Shown: positions 63,873 through 64,000 of the stretch, in pieces
Layout: each line of letters begins with the position of its first letter
Position numbering within the stretch: position 1 is the first letter of the stretch
DNA from: Octopus bimaculoides
Lineage: Eukaryota
NCBI RefSeq assembly: GCF_001194135.2
Contig: NC_068982.1
Location: 192,316,924-192,380,923, forward strand
DNA length: 64,000 nucleotides
Direction: 5' to 3'
Made by a program: the position numbers and the translations under genes
The notes under the pieces: generated by a model
Seen by the model: only the letters and a program-made list of their open reading frames with translations
Databases searched by the model: none
Told to the model about the DNA's origin: nothing

Positions 63873-64000
63873 AAGTGCATCAGAAGTTTAAAATAAAGAC
63901 AAAAAAAGAGAGAGAGTGAGAGGATTTCATGAAGCCCTGGTCAAGATGATTTAGTTGAGGGCTCCACTGTTCCTTTATTTCTTATACACGATGACTAGCC

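Overview
Eukaryotic, AT-rich, repeat-dense genomic DNA with 8 N-gaps, long (TA)n/(CA)n/(GA)n microsatellites and many retroposons. The repeat families (tRNA-headed SINEs, (GAT)n-tailed RTE-type LINE ends, R4/Dong fragments in (TAA)n) match what I recall from Octopus/coleoid cephalopod genomes; this is an inference, not a search result. Most of the window is intron or intergenic sequence filled with decayed transposons: RTE, Tx1/L1, CR1/L2-like, R4/Dong and Penelope-like retroelements, a Gypsy pol fragment, Tc1, mariner, maT/DD37D-like, pogo/Tigger, a full-length hAT (Buster-type) element and several MITEs. No intact long gene, tRNA or rRNA gene, CRISPR array or prokaryotic system is present, and most listed ORFs are microsatellite or N-gap artefacts. 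Host-gene signal is limited to a phase-compatible + strand exon pair (14864-15014, 17245-17307) of an unidentified protein, a promoter-like CCAAT/GC-box region near 57.5 kb and a few weak exon candidates. The best-supported observation is a complete hAT element with a perfect 8-bp TSD nested in a LINE whose reading frame is restored on removal. Also notable are a PHD-type finger inside an RTE ORF2, a perfect 77-bp palindrome in a Tc1 end, a 275-bp foldback and an identical 218-bp segment present twice. I found no convincing novel biological system. Boundaries of degraded repeats are approximate (tens of bp).
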